DNA of 56,637 nucleotides, the filler included, from Sphacelaria rigidula (Eukaryota): NCBI GenBank assembly GCA_964200075.2. It is 7 parts of 7 records of this genome, joined end to end, with 100 filler letters (N's around TTAATTAATTAA, not from the genome) between each part and the next. Parts side by side here need not be neighbours in the genome. Positions count along the whole stretch, not along the records: positions 32,423 to 40,427 come from CAXNAA020012678.1; positions 40,528 to 48,532 come from CAXNAA020012679.1; 5 more parts are not named here. The stretch is one strand, 5' to 3'. A program made the translations under genes and the position numbers. The notes below the pieces were generated by a model, which was not told the DNA's origin, searched no databases, and saw nothing but the letters and a program-made list of their open reading frames with translations. The first letter of the stretch is position 1; each line of letters starts with the position of its first letter. Of this stretch, positions 35,401 to 48,058 are shown in pieces.

Positions 35401-38400
35401 CCTGTGTGGATAGAAAGTCACGTTCCATCATGCTGTGCGGCTTGGCGAGGAAGGCACACGCTTTGGCGAAGGTGAAGGGATACATGACCGCCGTCAATCA
35501 GTTCGGCGTTCCTCGGTTCTTCCGCATCGTCAACGGGGGTGAGTTTCGTTCGCAAGATTTTATCGATTTCTGTGACGATGTACGGATTTGCCGCGAGTAC
35601 ACAGCACCTGACACCCCGAAGCACAACGCTGTGGCCGAGAGCGCGATCTGGCGCATGGTTCAGGCTGGCCACGCTGCGCAATGTGAAGCTCCGCGCCTTT
35701 TCCCCGCTGAAGCATACGCGGACATCCCCGAACTCGACGGCACTTTGAATAGGCTCTGGTTGGGGTCTGCGGTGTGGGCCGCAGGTAGTTTCAACAGCTC
35801 CGCCATGATGGCCAACCCTGGGAAGGTCCCGCCGTACCAGGCCTTCACCGGCCGTGCCCCTCCTCTCCATATCGTTATCTTTCATCAACCTGGAATGACG
35901 AGGGTCCCACGCCGCTTCAAGATGGACCCGCCGGCTGTCACGTTCCACTATCTCCATAACGGCTACAACCATTCCTCGCCAACCGTGAAGGTCATCAAAG
36001 CCTCAACTAGATCCGTTTGCTATACCAACAACGTGGCCTGGACAGTGCCTCGTCTACCACTCGAACTATCAGCGCCGCCCGACGGAAGGCGCGGGGAACA
36101 CGGCAACACCGATACTTCAGCTTCCGCTGCCGCTACACCATACTGCTCCACGACACCATCATCCCGCACCCGGCGCCGCCGTCTACAGCCCGCCGCCGCC
36201 ACGAAACCATACCGTCCCACAACCGCAACCACATGTTGCCGCCGACACACCATACTGCTCCACGACAACATCATCCCGCACCCGGCGCCGCCGTCTACAA
36301 TCCGCCGCCGCCGCCGCGGAACCCTACTTTCCCACAACCGCAACCACATGCCGCCGCCGCCGCCAACTTACCGCCGCCGCCGACACACCCGACTGTTCCA
36401 ACGCCGCGACCTTATTATCCCGTCTCACCACAACCATATTATACTGCTCCGCTGCGACGACACCACAAAATTTTCTATCCCGTCCCGCCGCGACCTTTTC
36501 AACACCTTTCCGCCGCGACATCGACCTTATTATCCCATTTCCCCGCAACCACAACATACCTTGACACTGACACTACACCGCACGACCGTACCACCGGCGA
36601 CATTTACACCGACTCTTGCGGCACATCATACACCACTACGCCACGCCGTCGGTACTTCCATCATCCGTCGCCACGCAACACAAGGAAAACCAGCGCGACA
36701 CACTGCCGACTTAATGACGCGAGCAACCGTATCCGCTGCACAGTCAGCTAACTTCACCCTCGATTTTCACCGGTTCTTCGGCATCATCATCCATTTCGGA
36801 GGCTTCATAATCAGCAACTCATCCTCTACAAGAATGATCTCTATCCTCGTTGCCCGACAAGGTGACGAAGGAGCTGAACCTGAGTAGTGACCCTCGGCAA
36901 CCGGGGAGGACCCGATCGGAGACGGCCCAGCATACAGCCGAGAAGGGGGGGGGCGACAACATTGCACTTGTTTATCATGTGAGGGATCTTTTTGCGCAGC
37001 TTGACAAACCATCCCTTTTATCCACCCACCTCACGCGGCCCGCAATAGAGGCCGGAAGGAAGCGGCACGGCGTTGCGGCAGTGGGGCGCATGGGTTTGCA
37101 ATATCGGACTGCGACTACGATCGCAACGAGGAAGGACATCAACATAGCGATGGAAGAGGAGCGTCTGCCGCATGAACCACGTAAACTTCCCCATCATCCT
37201 GTGAAAGAGTTGGAAACCTCGAAGACATATGCTGAAGCAACACGTCCGGAACAGGGAGGAGAATGGGTGGACTCCATGGCGCGAGAGTTTCAAGACCTGA
37301 AGGAAGCGGGAACCATGGATGCGGTAATACAGCAATCAGTAGATAATATTATTCACGCGAAGTGGGTTTACAACTGGAAGGCTGACGAGTTTGGGTGGCC
37401 AACAAAAGCGAAATCAAGACTGTTCGCAAGTGGAGATCGACAACGGGCAGACATTGACTTTGGTGAATTACAGGCACCCACAGTAGCAGTCTCGAGTGTA
37501 CGGTTGCTAACAGCACTTGCTTGTGAGCAAAATCGTTCTTACGCCATTTTGATATCGAGCAAGCTTTTATGCAGTCCGTGCTGGACGAAGATGTTTTCAT
37601 GCGTTTCCTTCATGGCTATGGTAATTTATCTGGTAAGATAGTGAGACTCAATAAATCGCTCCATGGACTCAGAAAGGCTTCGAGACAATGACATCTTCAT
37701 TTAGGAGGATGCCTGAAGAATCTAGGTTTTGATCATTACTTGGCAGATTCGTGTGTGTTCCGACTGATGGAGGATAACCAGGTTGTTATCAAATTAGTGG
37801 TACATGTAGATAATATCTTTGCCGAAGGGGATGAGGAAAGGTGTGATGGATTTGGTTGGTAAGCAGCTGAACACGATGGCGCCAGTCAAGAATCTAGGAG
37901 AACTGCGGTGGTCGTCGGGTCTATATTACGAGAGAGACTTGGGAAGGGGGACCCTTACTGTATCGCAACGGATGTTTGCAGAGGAGTTGGCGGAGGAGTA
38001 CAATATATAATGAGGGAATAAGACGCCTATGAATGCAGGTGAAAAACTCGAGGAATTTAACGTGGAGTAGTAGATCACGACGTTGGCATTCAGAAAATTG
38101 GTAGGGTCACTCATGTGGCGAGCAAACCAGACCAGACCGGATATTTGTAACGCAGTGAGAGCGGTAGCGAGGTATTGCGCATCACCAAGGTTGATTCACT
38201 GACGTACTGCTCTTGGTATACTTCGATATGTCAGGCGAACGAGTACATTGGGTATTATATTTCGGAGAGGCAGTTTGCAAGGTCTCAGCTTTCAAGCATA
38301 TGCTGATGCAGACTGCGCGAGTAAGGCTGCCGATAGGCCATCAGTATCGAGAGGACTAGTGATGTGCGGGGGTGGATGTGTGTCATGGTTCCCAAGGACG

Positions 38401-38575
38401 CAAAAGTGTGTGACGTGGTCGACTTCTGAAGCAAAATACGTTGCAATGACCGAATTGGTGAAGGAAGTGCTGTTTTTGAGACAGGTGCGAGAGTTCGTGC
38501 TGCCTGGAGTTGGAGAGTCAGGTATCCCGAGGTTCAAGGACAATCAGTGTACTATTCATATGGCACATATTTCCA
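32423..38575 (+). mobile_element. Decayed Ty1/Copia LTR retrotransposon internal region (gag-PR-IN-RT-RH); no LTRs in the contig
   Basis: Gag-like EKARLEQKWTGLQMSPGESP (~32700). Protease WIPDTGASHH (34079). Pre-integrase H-H-C-C (~35170-35270). Integrase LDLTGP / RIVNGGEF / NAVAES. RT KWVYNWK...KSRL, HFDIEQAF, VHVDNIF (~37800). RNase H YADAD...STSEAKY...DNQ. Many stops and frameshifts; IN-before-RT order defines Copia. Confidence 0.95.
34510..34930 (+). repeat. In-frame ~39-bp tandem repeats (PSTVSSRDTVSN) between Copia protease and integrase
   Basis: Repeated ccccgagtactgtgtcttcgcgtgatactgtcagtaac with a higher-order duplication. Confidence 0.8.
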
Positions 38576-40427
38576 TAGGAGGGGCGCTCGAGCAAAACCC
38601 AACAACTGACCAGGGAGGACATCGAGACATGCAGAGCACGTGAGGGGAATGGTTTGCCGACCCCCATGGACAAATACATCGGTCTGATCAAAGGGGGGAA
38701 TACTGTCTGGGGTTTGGTTGGGATTGGTTAAGTCGACCAAGTACTGTCCAGTGAGGGCGGGGGATCCGTTCCGCCTCACAAGATTCACATGGATGTGTTG
38801 AGGTTCACGGGACAGAGAGACGACGTGGTCTCCAACATAATACAGTCGAAAAGCATCACCTGTTTGTGTTGGGTCATCGACATAGGCCTGAGCCCCTGGA
38901 TTAGCGTCGTGATGTCCCAATTTGTTTTTGCCTGTCAGTGGTGGGTTCAAAACAGGTGAGTTTGTCGTGTATGTATGTGTGGAAAAACGTAGCCGGCTAT
39001 CACGTCCCAAGAAAACGTCAACCGACATGGAACCATCGGGCACAATGAGTGCCCACACAGCTAATCGTGCAGTGGGACCCGTATCATCGAAGAATCGCAC
39101 ACTGAGTCGTACTGATTGATCAACCGTAAGGGGAGTGGAGGCATCAAACCCGCCAAAAACACGAGGGGGAACAGAAGAAGGGCAACGTTTGTCTGCTGCT
39201 CCAGCGTTCATCATGTGTTGCCAGCAGCTGGCTGTGATGCAAGTTTGTGGCGAGCCAGTGTCGGGCAGTGCAACGGCCATCAAAGGGCGTGTTGCATGCA
39301 CTCCACTATGTATACCTATTCGGGTTGTGAAGGAGGCGTCATCCATGAGTGCAGTTCCACTGACCAAGTCGGTCCAAATTCCGACAATTGATCTGCAGCC
39401 GCATCGCTCTTGTGCTGTTGGGCAATTGTACTAAAATAGACTCGAGATTGATCCTCCCGAACGAATGTGTTTTCCGAAGGGCCATCGTGGCACGGGGGGT
39501 TTTGTAGTGCGTGTGGTGCAGTAGACGAAAATTGGATTTCGTACACAGTCAGGGATGGACGACGCGTAGGAATGGAAGTGGGTGTGGATGCTTGCAATAA
39601 CTGTTTGGAGCTATGAGAAACAGGGGAGAAACAGTCCTGATCGGACTGCAATTTTGACGGCACAACCGGGGTTTGTCCGGCACCATGAAATATACATGCA
39701 GGGCGTAGCGGGTTTACTGTCCCAACATATGTCAACGCTACGCTTTTCTTCAACATAGATTCCGAGGGGTCGGCAGGAAGCGGTGCCGATCTGTTCGGGA
39801 TCTGGGAAACGCCGACCTGTTCTGCGACAAGGCTTTCATCCGCTGTGCCCGGCACCCGGGTATCTTCTTGGTGAGCGGATGCAGCGGCAACTACAGGTTT
39901 ATTCACAGTTTCATGCGGACGAGCCCGCTCCTCGTGTCGCGTATAGTGCACTCTGGAGCCGGTTGTTCCAGGGGCTTTTGGGAAGCTGGCAAGATCAGTC
40001 CGTTCGTGGCTACACGCGTGGCGCTTGGTCGGCACTGTCGCTTGGGGTTCCTTCCCAACCCGCTGAGCTACGGAAAGCAAGGGTTCGGCACTGGCGTGCG
40101 TAGTGCACGAAGAATTACGCTCACCAAATAAAAGGGGACCGGGCACACGCGGAATTTCGCACTCATGTATAACCGGGGTCGACTGGACTCCTGAGTCCTT
40201 CTCGGGGCTGGGGAGTCTCTGTAAACGTTGCATCCTACGATGAACGGTCGTAGGGGTAACAACTACCGGATCAGAAGATGTATCTGCTGCTAAGGCGGTA
40301 GGCGCTACGCTACACGACTGCCGATCCCGCGGGGCGATCGGATCCAACTGGCATTGATTACTACCACTCGGAAAGACAACTGGGTGATCAGATCCAGTAT
40401 GAAAACACTGGGGTTGGTCATTGCGCA
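38576..40427 (-). mobile_element. Probable Ty3/Gypsy LTR retrotransposon fragment (gag-protease region), frameshifted and 3'-truncated
   Basis: Retropepsin motif AVALPDTGSPQTCI (Asp codon ~39260-39262) and downstream VDVFLGRD flap motif. Two long overlapping minus ORFs (39316-40347 and 38552-39367). No RT, so the superfamily is inferred from protease style. Confidence 0.75.
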
Positions 40428-41109
40428 NNNNNNNNNNNNNNNNNNNNNNNNNNNNNNNNNNNNNNNNNNNNTTAATTAATTAANNNNNNNNNNNNNNNNN
40501 NNNNNNNNNNNNNNNNNNNNNNNNNNNGTTGCTTCTCTCTCTGGTGATATCGTCATCGACACGCGTGTACACCGCATTTGTTGGGTGCATCAAGCCACAG
40601 CTGCTCAACTGCTGCAGAATTTTGGGGGGAAATAATATTTCGCTCTGTGTAACTGTGTCGCATCATCCCTGCAAAAAGATATACCACTTGAACCTCATTT
40701 TTGAGATCGACCCCATTTTTCAGGATCCGCTGTTACACTTTGATGGGCGCTGATTGGTCAATATAACTTTTCGCTCTTAGCGCTACCACTATGGCCTTAC
40801 ACACAAATCCAGCTATGTCACGCTCTTCAGCTGTCCATGGTGGTCAGTATGATATCATGTGTGCGACTATTGGGTGGGTATTGCGAAAAGCATTTTCTGA
40901 TGACAAAATTTTGGGTGAGAAGCGTGAATCAGCCTGCACGAGCCATAATTTCAGGGGATCTCCGCGTAATCAGTGTGGAGAACAACTGCAGTCCCGACGA
41001 CTTTGAGCAAATTCGGCACTGGGATACTCGCAATTTCCAATCGAGTTATCAGTTCTGACAGTATGGAAGGGAATCGAACGTTTCATTTGTAAATAAAAAC
41101 CTCCACATA

Positions 41110-41705
41110 CTAACGTCCGACGTTTGAATGGTGTCCAACTTGAACCTTAAAAGTGCGCCTGGGCTCTCGACCTTACAGTTGATGGTTTGGGTTGGAGTTC
41201 AGCTTTTAAGTCGAACGTCCCGGTTTCAAATTAAGTGCTCAAGGTGTACCTCGAGCCTTGGAATGGAATTTAAGACTCAAGGTTGAAAGTGTGAGTTGAA
41301 CGGTTCATCTGAATTTGTGAAGTTCGTTTGACCGTTCGAGGGTGAAGTTGAACGTTCGAGTTCGAGGAGTTGAACGTTCAAGTGAATAGCTCCAAGTTAA
41401 GTTAAATGCCGAGCCTCTACGTTGTATTTCCCGGTGAACCTTCAACTTCAAAATCAAGTGAAAGTCAAATTCGATTTTCGATTTAATGTCAACTTTCAAG
41501 TTCAAACCTTAGACATTAACGTTATATCTAAATGTCAGGTTTTCATGTTGAACGTCCAACTTATGCCTAGTGAATTGAGGGATCGAATCAAAGGTCGAGA
41601 CTTCAAATCAACTTTTGATTTGCACTTCGAAGGTTTGGGTTGAGCGTTCGACTTTCAATCTCACATAAAACGTTCAGCTCAAAATTTGAACATCGGTGTT
41701 GAATC
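41110..41705. repeat. Low-complexity tract of short TTGAAC/GTTCAA/TCGA motifs
   Basis: Dense, degenerate 6-7-bp self-complementary motifs. Confidence 0.55.
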
Positions 41706-41819
41706 TTACATAATGTTGGCTACCCGCAACTTTCGCCTTTCTTTCTGGATGTAGCAAAACAGCGATAGTGTCTTCGTCGTGACGTCGTCTTACACAGGTT
41801 GTTAGGGTAGTGTACAGTC

Positions 41820-42945
41820 ACAGAGTAGGGTATTTTGGCGTGTCAATACCCCGAATACCCTAAAATACTGAGTTTTTTGGCTGTCGATACCCCGGGTACC
41901 CTAGAATACTCTGAACGTTTTAGGGTGTATATCCCCTGAGAGAGGGAAGCCACACTCCTCCCCTGTCCTGTTTGTTCTCACCAACAGAGGCTCAAGCCAT
42001 GTGGGCATCTACTGCAGGCAAAGCTGTGTAATAACACTCCACCCCAAATAAAGTAGCCGTTGGGCAATTCAATTCAAGGCGTTTACAGAAATGGGGTATC
42101 CATTTTTATTATACATTTACTAACTAGAAGGCCAATAGTTCCCGAAACCACGGCTTACTAGTAGGACTCCCTTGGAACTCAGAGCAAGAGCAGGCCAAAG
42201 CTGATTGTGTCCAGATAGCCAAAGCGAGTGACCACATGCGGGGTTGATTCACTAGATACCACATTACGCCAAGAAATATATCCACACACAGTCATGATAC
42301 AAGAACGACAAGCCAACCGCAGACATACGTAAACCAAGACGTTGCTGGCCCATACACTCAACAGTCCGTCTGTACCAGCTAATACCTCGTGCATCGTATC
42401 GCCAAATCTCAATCCAAGATATATTACGGCAATACTATCCGTTGTGCACATAACATACAATATGCCGAAAGGATCATTCAACCATGCAACATGTATCTCT
42501 CATCAACCGCTATCAACAACTCGGAATATCAGTCTGGGTATTTCCAAAAAACTCACGTCCTTCAACGGCCCAATCAAAGATTCATACCCAAATGTTGCTT
42601 TTAATCCGAGTCATGTGTACCCAAGAGGTTACTGTACCTCATCGAGGCCAGTCCCTTCAAATACCATAACAGTACTGAGTATTTTCGGCAGTTAATACCC
42701 CGAAGTACTGGGTACTCCAAGATACTCTGAGATTCCGGGATACCCCAGGGTACGTATGTTCCTCTTATCACCCCAAAAGATGTGGTTAGGGTGAGGGAGG
42801 GTACAGAGTAGCAGGTCTTTTGAGGTGTCGATACCCTGGGTACCCTAGAATATCGAGTGTCTTTTGTTGTCGATACCTGCGTGCCCTGGGGTACTGAATA
42901 CCCCAAGAACTCTCAACATCCGGGGTACCTCAGTGTACATATGCT
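41820..42945. repeat. Two blocks of a GTCGATACCCYGGGTACCCTAGAATA repeat (~41820-41935 and ~42660-42945) separated by unrelated sequence
   Basis: Same motif at 41883-41910 and 42826-42855, with several degenerate copies. Confidence 0.6.
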
Positions 42946-43893
42946 ACCCCAATCACCTCAGGTGTCTTGTAGTACTTCAAGTTGCTTGATGCGGTTGAAG
43001 TGAGCCGTACTTAGGGCGGTACGCATTTGAACGAAAGCACGAAGGTCCCTAGAGAGTCGTTCAATGATGGAGGGGGGGTAAAAATCGCAATTTCCTTTAC
43101 AAAATGAGGAAAAAGGCGCTTTCACCGGCGCCCATTGTAAAGAGAAAAAGAAAAACGTCGTGTATGTTGTCTGAGTCATTACTTTATCCTTCCGTCCGAC
43201 AGGACTCGTCCCTATAATCTTGTCTGGGCTTCTTCCATGGAACAACCACAACTTAGACAGCACGATAGGGGACAAGGGTGCGGTGGGGATGATGCTGTAA
43301 CTTCCCACCCCACCTATATTGTTGAGCGACGAAAGCATTGACGTTTGCTAGGCTTTTATTGAAAGGGGCGAGAATCTATCGAATATCGTGCTATCTTCAA
43401 TTGCGCCGAGTTATTTTCCAGCCTCTCATGGCCCTAGATCAGCTGAACTCTCCCGCCCCTCCCGCAAAGCTCGCAGAGATGAGAGTACCAAAACCTGCCA
43501 GGCCATCGTCTGGAGTTGTACCACTGAGAGTGGGTGCGGTTTGTCAAACAGCTCCGCCGTCCTTACCGGCAGCAGCAGGAGCAGCTCTTACCATGTAGTG
43601 CTTTCTGTGCAACATCAGTAGTTACCTCGGTCCCTTGGGGGCTAGTGAGCTACTTTTATCAACCAACGAGAGCACAGGATGCAAGGTGCTGTGCAAAAAG
43701 GAAAAAGACACACCAGGATAAACAATTGAGACACTAGAGTAGTGTACTAGAGTTATCTTCCAAGATTCGAGTGCCCGAAAGTTGGAAGTTCCTCTGCGGA
43801 AGGGGGGGCGAGGGTGTTCACAATCTTGGGTCTTCGAGCCCTTCTCCCGTGCAGTATACTGTACGTTAACCGTGGGTCACCCTGAACGCTGTG

Positions 43894-44485
43894 TCATCTT
43901 GCACTTAGACCCTGACTCGGAACCAGGTGGCCTTGGTTCATTCTTGGAGACAAACCATCGTCCATCCCGTTATGTTGCCTTGTTCTATACCTACCAGAAG
44001 TGCTGGGCCGTATTGGTACCCTTCGAGGTGTCTTTCTAACGCCCCAATCCGCGTCCCCTGCTTCCGCACGTCGCCTCGATGACGATTCATTTCTGGATAG
44101 ATTCAAGTGAGGAACTCCTGCTAGACCCTTGCTGGGCCTATTTCCCAACAATTTTCTGTTGTCTATGTCAATGTTGATGTTGCCCCTGTCCCTGTCGCTG
44201 TTGCTATTGCTGTTGCTATTGTTCCCCTCGCGATCGCTCCCCACATCACCATCACACCACGCGCTTTTTCTGTGTTGCAACGAGGCGTTGTTCTCACCCT
44301 TATCCCCCACGGAATCGTCGGCTGCACCGCTGATGGGCTCGGTGGAGGGAGTAGGGCGCCGCGGCGAGAGCCATGAGAGGATACGGTCCGCCTCCTTCTG
44401 CGCATTATTACTTGTTCTGGCCTTGCGATGTTTTGTACGAATGACCTCCTCAGCTACCCCTATCCGGCGTTTTTCGTGCGCCTCT
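43894..44485 (-). CDS. WD40-repeat protein, probable last exon (low-complexity tail); overall resemblance to WDR49/WDR64-type C-termini
   Basis: Pyrimidine-rich acceptor ...gttccccgcAG in phase 2, matching the previous donor. Open frame EAHEKRRIGVAEEVI...GLSAR*. Confidence 0.68.
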
Positions 44486-44934
44486 CTGCGGGGAACAGTC
44501 CCCGGGAGCGGGGTTTGGGGCAGGAATAGGGACAGCGCGGGAAAAGGGGAAGTTGGGTTGTTCTCACGATCCAAGTGTCAAATTATATATGAACGGGGGA
44601 ACGCGAAAGTGGATCGTGTATCCGTGACCAGCGCATGTTTCTGTGAACGCTGTGGAACTAACTTCCTAGCTCAAGCAGTGTCAGCGAATGTACAGAACGC
44701 AGCGAAACTGATGCGTAAGTTTCCTTTGAGGTTGAGAGTTGTGTTCCTTGGGCGTCAGTACCAACATCTTTATTTGAACCCACCGCCAATTGATGTTTCT
44801 TAACCTCCGCAACTCAGTCTTAGTGTGGACCTTGCGGTCGTGACACCACTGTACAACCTCGAACCTCTGCCGGCACCAAGGGCAAAGATACGGCACCACA
44901 GCGTTTCGCCGGGATTTTGTGATTTTGTGCTAAC

Positions 44935-45017
44935 CTGTTCACGCGAAACTTCCACGGTGTGTCTGGATCTTGCTTGGGGCGCAGCACGCCCAAGAGATCG
45001 CCGGCCGGAGACCACAC
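44935..45017 (-). CDS. WD40-repeat protein, next exon
   Basis: tctgccAG|VWSPAGDLLGVLRPKQDPDTPWKFRVN(R)|GTTAG completes the WD blade (K|VWS). Phase 0 in, phase 2 out. Confidence 0.82.
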
Positions 45018-45779
45018 CTGGCAGATATATCAGTGAAGTTGTTGTTCAACACGCGAACAATCGACAAAAGGGAGGGCAAAGCGTTGGTTGTCCTGCCTTC
45101 TTGAAAATTTTAGTCAGCAGAGACCAAATTGCAAGGCTTGTGCCGCAGAGACTGGGGTTGATCCCTTGAGATCACGGACTTCTTCCCGAGAAGGGGAGGG
45201 GTTCACAGTGTGACGAAAAAAAGTTTACTCCTGGTTTGCACATACCATAACACAACGAACATACTCTGTACTCCTGTACAGTACACCGTTCACATACCGT
45301 TTTTTTCGCGGCACACATTCAAAGATTTCCACGTATTCTCGCTGATGCAGCAGTACGAGCCCTGAACGTCTCGTCTTTGTCACCAGATGTCCCCTATCAC
45401 CCCATCCACGAGCAGACACGAGTACAAAGAGGGGAGCTAGCGATACACGTAGATGGGTGCCACGGTGAGCGACAAGGCTAATACTTTCGTTTTTCGTCAC
45501 CAACTAATACTTGAAATTTACACAGGACTACGCGGGACACCCACCGATTCATCTCTTCCCCTACCCCGAAAGTTTGATCACTTACCTAGGGGCGCATCCG
45601 CGGTAATCCAGGCCACGTCTTTGAGATCTTCGAGTTCAATACATTAGACAACTGATCAAGAACCTAAACTTTGATGACACAGAACGATCTATAGACAGCA
45701 TTGGCCGACTTGCATTCGGGTGGGGAGGGCATGATCTTGCAGGGAACGAGAAAACAGCACTCCCCGAGAGGTAGTTTAT

Positions 45780-47120
45780 ACCGTCGATTTAGGGATGACG
45801 TCCACCGTTTTGGCCTATACCGTGCGAACAGCAACACGTTTGGATGATATAAAAGTGTTTTTGGCATACTTGGAGTATGAAAATGACGAAGAAAACAATT
45901 TCCTTACCCGGATTAAATGAATACTCCCCCTTCCAAAACATGATGAAACGAGTGGTATCTATCGTTTTGGCCTGTTACACAAGAATGTGACGATGTATCT
46001 AAAGACACGAACGCACAGATCGAACGCCTGATAAATCTATTTTTTCATCTTTGACTACCCGACTTTTTCCACCAGGGGATGAAATCGCCCTATTGCCTCC
46101 GCAAGCACGACAGGGAGGTCTTATCTTAAGTTTTCGCCAGATACGTAGGCATTTACACACTAATGGCGATGCCCCTGAACACGTAGCAGGTGTTTCTAGA
46201 ACGTACTCCCTTTATCGTATCCCTTGGTCACCCCTTCCTATCCCCATCCACTTTCCCGGTGATAAAACGAACGCATCCTCTCCCCGAACAATCTCAGTGG
46301 GAAGGAGGTGTTATTCGACGTTTGAGCCATTCGCGGTCGAACAACAATAGATCTGAAGACGCGACCGGTACCAATAGAAAAACTAGAACCTACCCTAAGG
46401 AGTGATTCATTCTGTTTTTCTGAACGGGACTGCATACGCCCTGGGAAAGATGTCGTTCCAAACCCTCCCTAGCTACCCGAAGGGGTCACGATACATCGCC
46501 ATGGCCTAGTGCATACCGATGGCGAGGCTCCTGAACAGGCGGGAAGTATTGTTTAAATCTAGGCATCCTATCCTATTGCTTTATAACCTCGCCCCCCCCT
46601 CACCCCTCCTCCCCGTGGAAGATATCTGGGCAGTTCCTCCGCAAATGATCTCCGTCTCGAATGGGATGCGTGGTCAATGGTCAAACGACCAAGGCAAGCA
46701 ACGAATGAGTACACCCCCAATTAATCTCGGCGGGAAGGGGGTATCATCCGACGGGTGAGCCATTTGCGGCCGGACAACAATTGATCTAAACATACATAGT
46801 CGGTACCAATCGAAATCCTACAACCTACCCTAAGTGATGATACCCCCCTTTTTCTCAACAGGACTACAGCCACCCCGAGGACGATATCATTCCATCCCCT
46901 CCTTACGTTCGTGCTGGGATCATACGCCTATCGTCAGTGCCTGTTAAATACGAGCGACGATGTCCCTGAACAAATGAGTGGTCACTAGAACGTGGGCATC
47001 CTACGTTCTGATTCCTCACCACCCTTCCTCCCCTTTCCGACGATGGGATAAGTATATCTCCCCAAACACCCTCATCTGGGGGGTGTTATTCGCCGTTTTG
47101 GCCGTTTGCGAACGGACGTG
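45780..47120 (+). repeat. Degenerate long-unit tandem repeat inside the WD40 intron
   Basis: 46290-46400 aligns with 46723-46835 and partly with 47060-47120 (ggtgttattcg.cgttt.gcc.ttYgcg, cggtaccaat.gaaa...aacctaccctaag). Confidence 0.55.
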
Positions 47121-47958
47121 GTGATGATGCTTCTGAGCGCATTAGAGGAATCGCCTAGACATCCGCACCTGTACTATTACGCATTGGATAATCAGGAGCA
47201 CCAGCGTTCGTCTACCACAGGATAAAACGGCGGATACCACCTCCGGTGACGATCACTTCCCCATCCCTGGGAAAACCATGGACTCAACGTCCGCATGAGA
47301 CATCACCAATGCATTGAAGATGGTTACTATATGGTCGCACGCGCCATGAACTGAACTAAAAAATCCAACTCTTGATGAGGTCTTGAATGTACTGAAACAA
47401 CCGAAACAAGAGTGGGGCGACATTAGCCCGCATGTAGCTTTAAACTCAAATGAATTGGTCCACACCCGTCTGTCCAAGTGCTAGAACTTCACCCCGCGTT
47501 TGCGAAGCCTGGCGTGACCCGATTATGTCAAACGCTTTGTCTACCCCCACTGTATCGATAGCGTAGATGCGATTTCCGGGTTTCGTTTTTTTATAACATG
47601 TCTTGAATACCTCTGAATGGGAACGTCAGATATAAAATAGTAATTTTCCAGTGAGAGCAAGGTTACTATTGCAAAAAGCACCTCGGATTCGGCATTTCCA
47701 CCAAAATACCAGTCGGAACATGTTTTTCATTCTCGATTTAATTCGGAATTGGGCCCACAAGACTTTGTCCTGGATTACCGCGGAAGTGCCCCTAGGTGTC
47801 TTTCGTCACGATCGGTTGGTTGAGCTTGGCTAGGCTAGGCGTACGGCACGTAGGGTTGCGGGTTGCGGGTTGTGACATGTCCGATGCCGCCGCGACTTCT
47901 GTATGGTGGGCGCGACAATGAGATAACAAGTTGGCCCTTGATGGTTGGGCGCGGTTAC

Positions 47959-48058
47959 CTTTACTAAGCGGTCTATGGCTGCCGTGAGCACCGTTGGAGG
48001 GTCTTCCACGAGTCTGAGGCATTGAATAGCTTCCGCGTGGGCCTCCCATGATCCGATC
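47959..48058 (-). CDS. WD40-repeat protein, internal exon
   Basis: ccgtctccAG|IGSWEAHAEAIQCLRLVEDPPTVLTAAIDRLVK|GTAACC, a canonical WD40 blade (AH...I...LTA.D..VK). Confidence 0.85.

Noticed and set aside
42170-43340. ORFs at 42179-42481, 42342-42695 and 42958-43338
   Set aside because: No recognisable motifs and no consistent splice chain to the WD40 gene.
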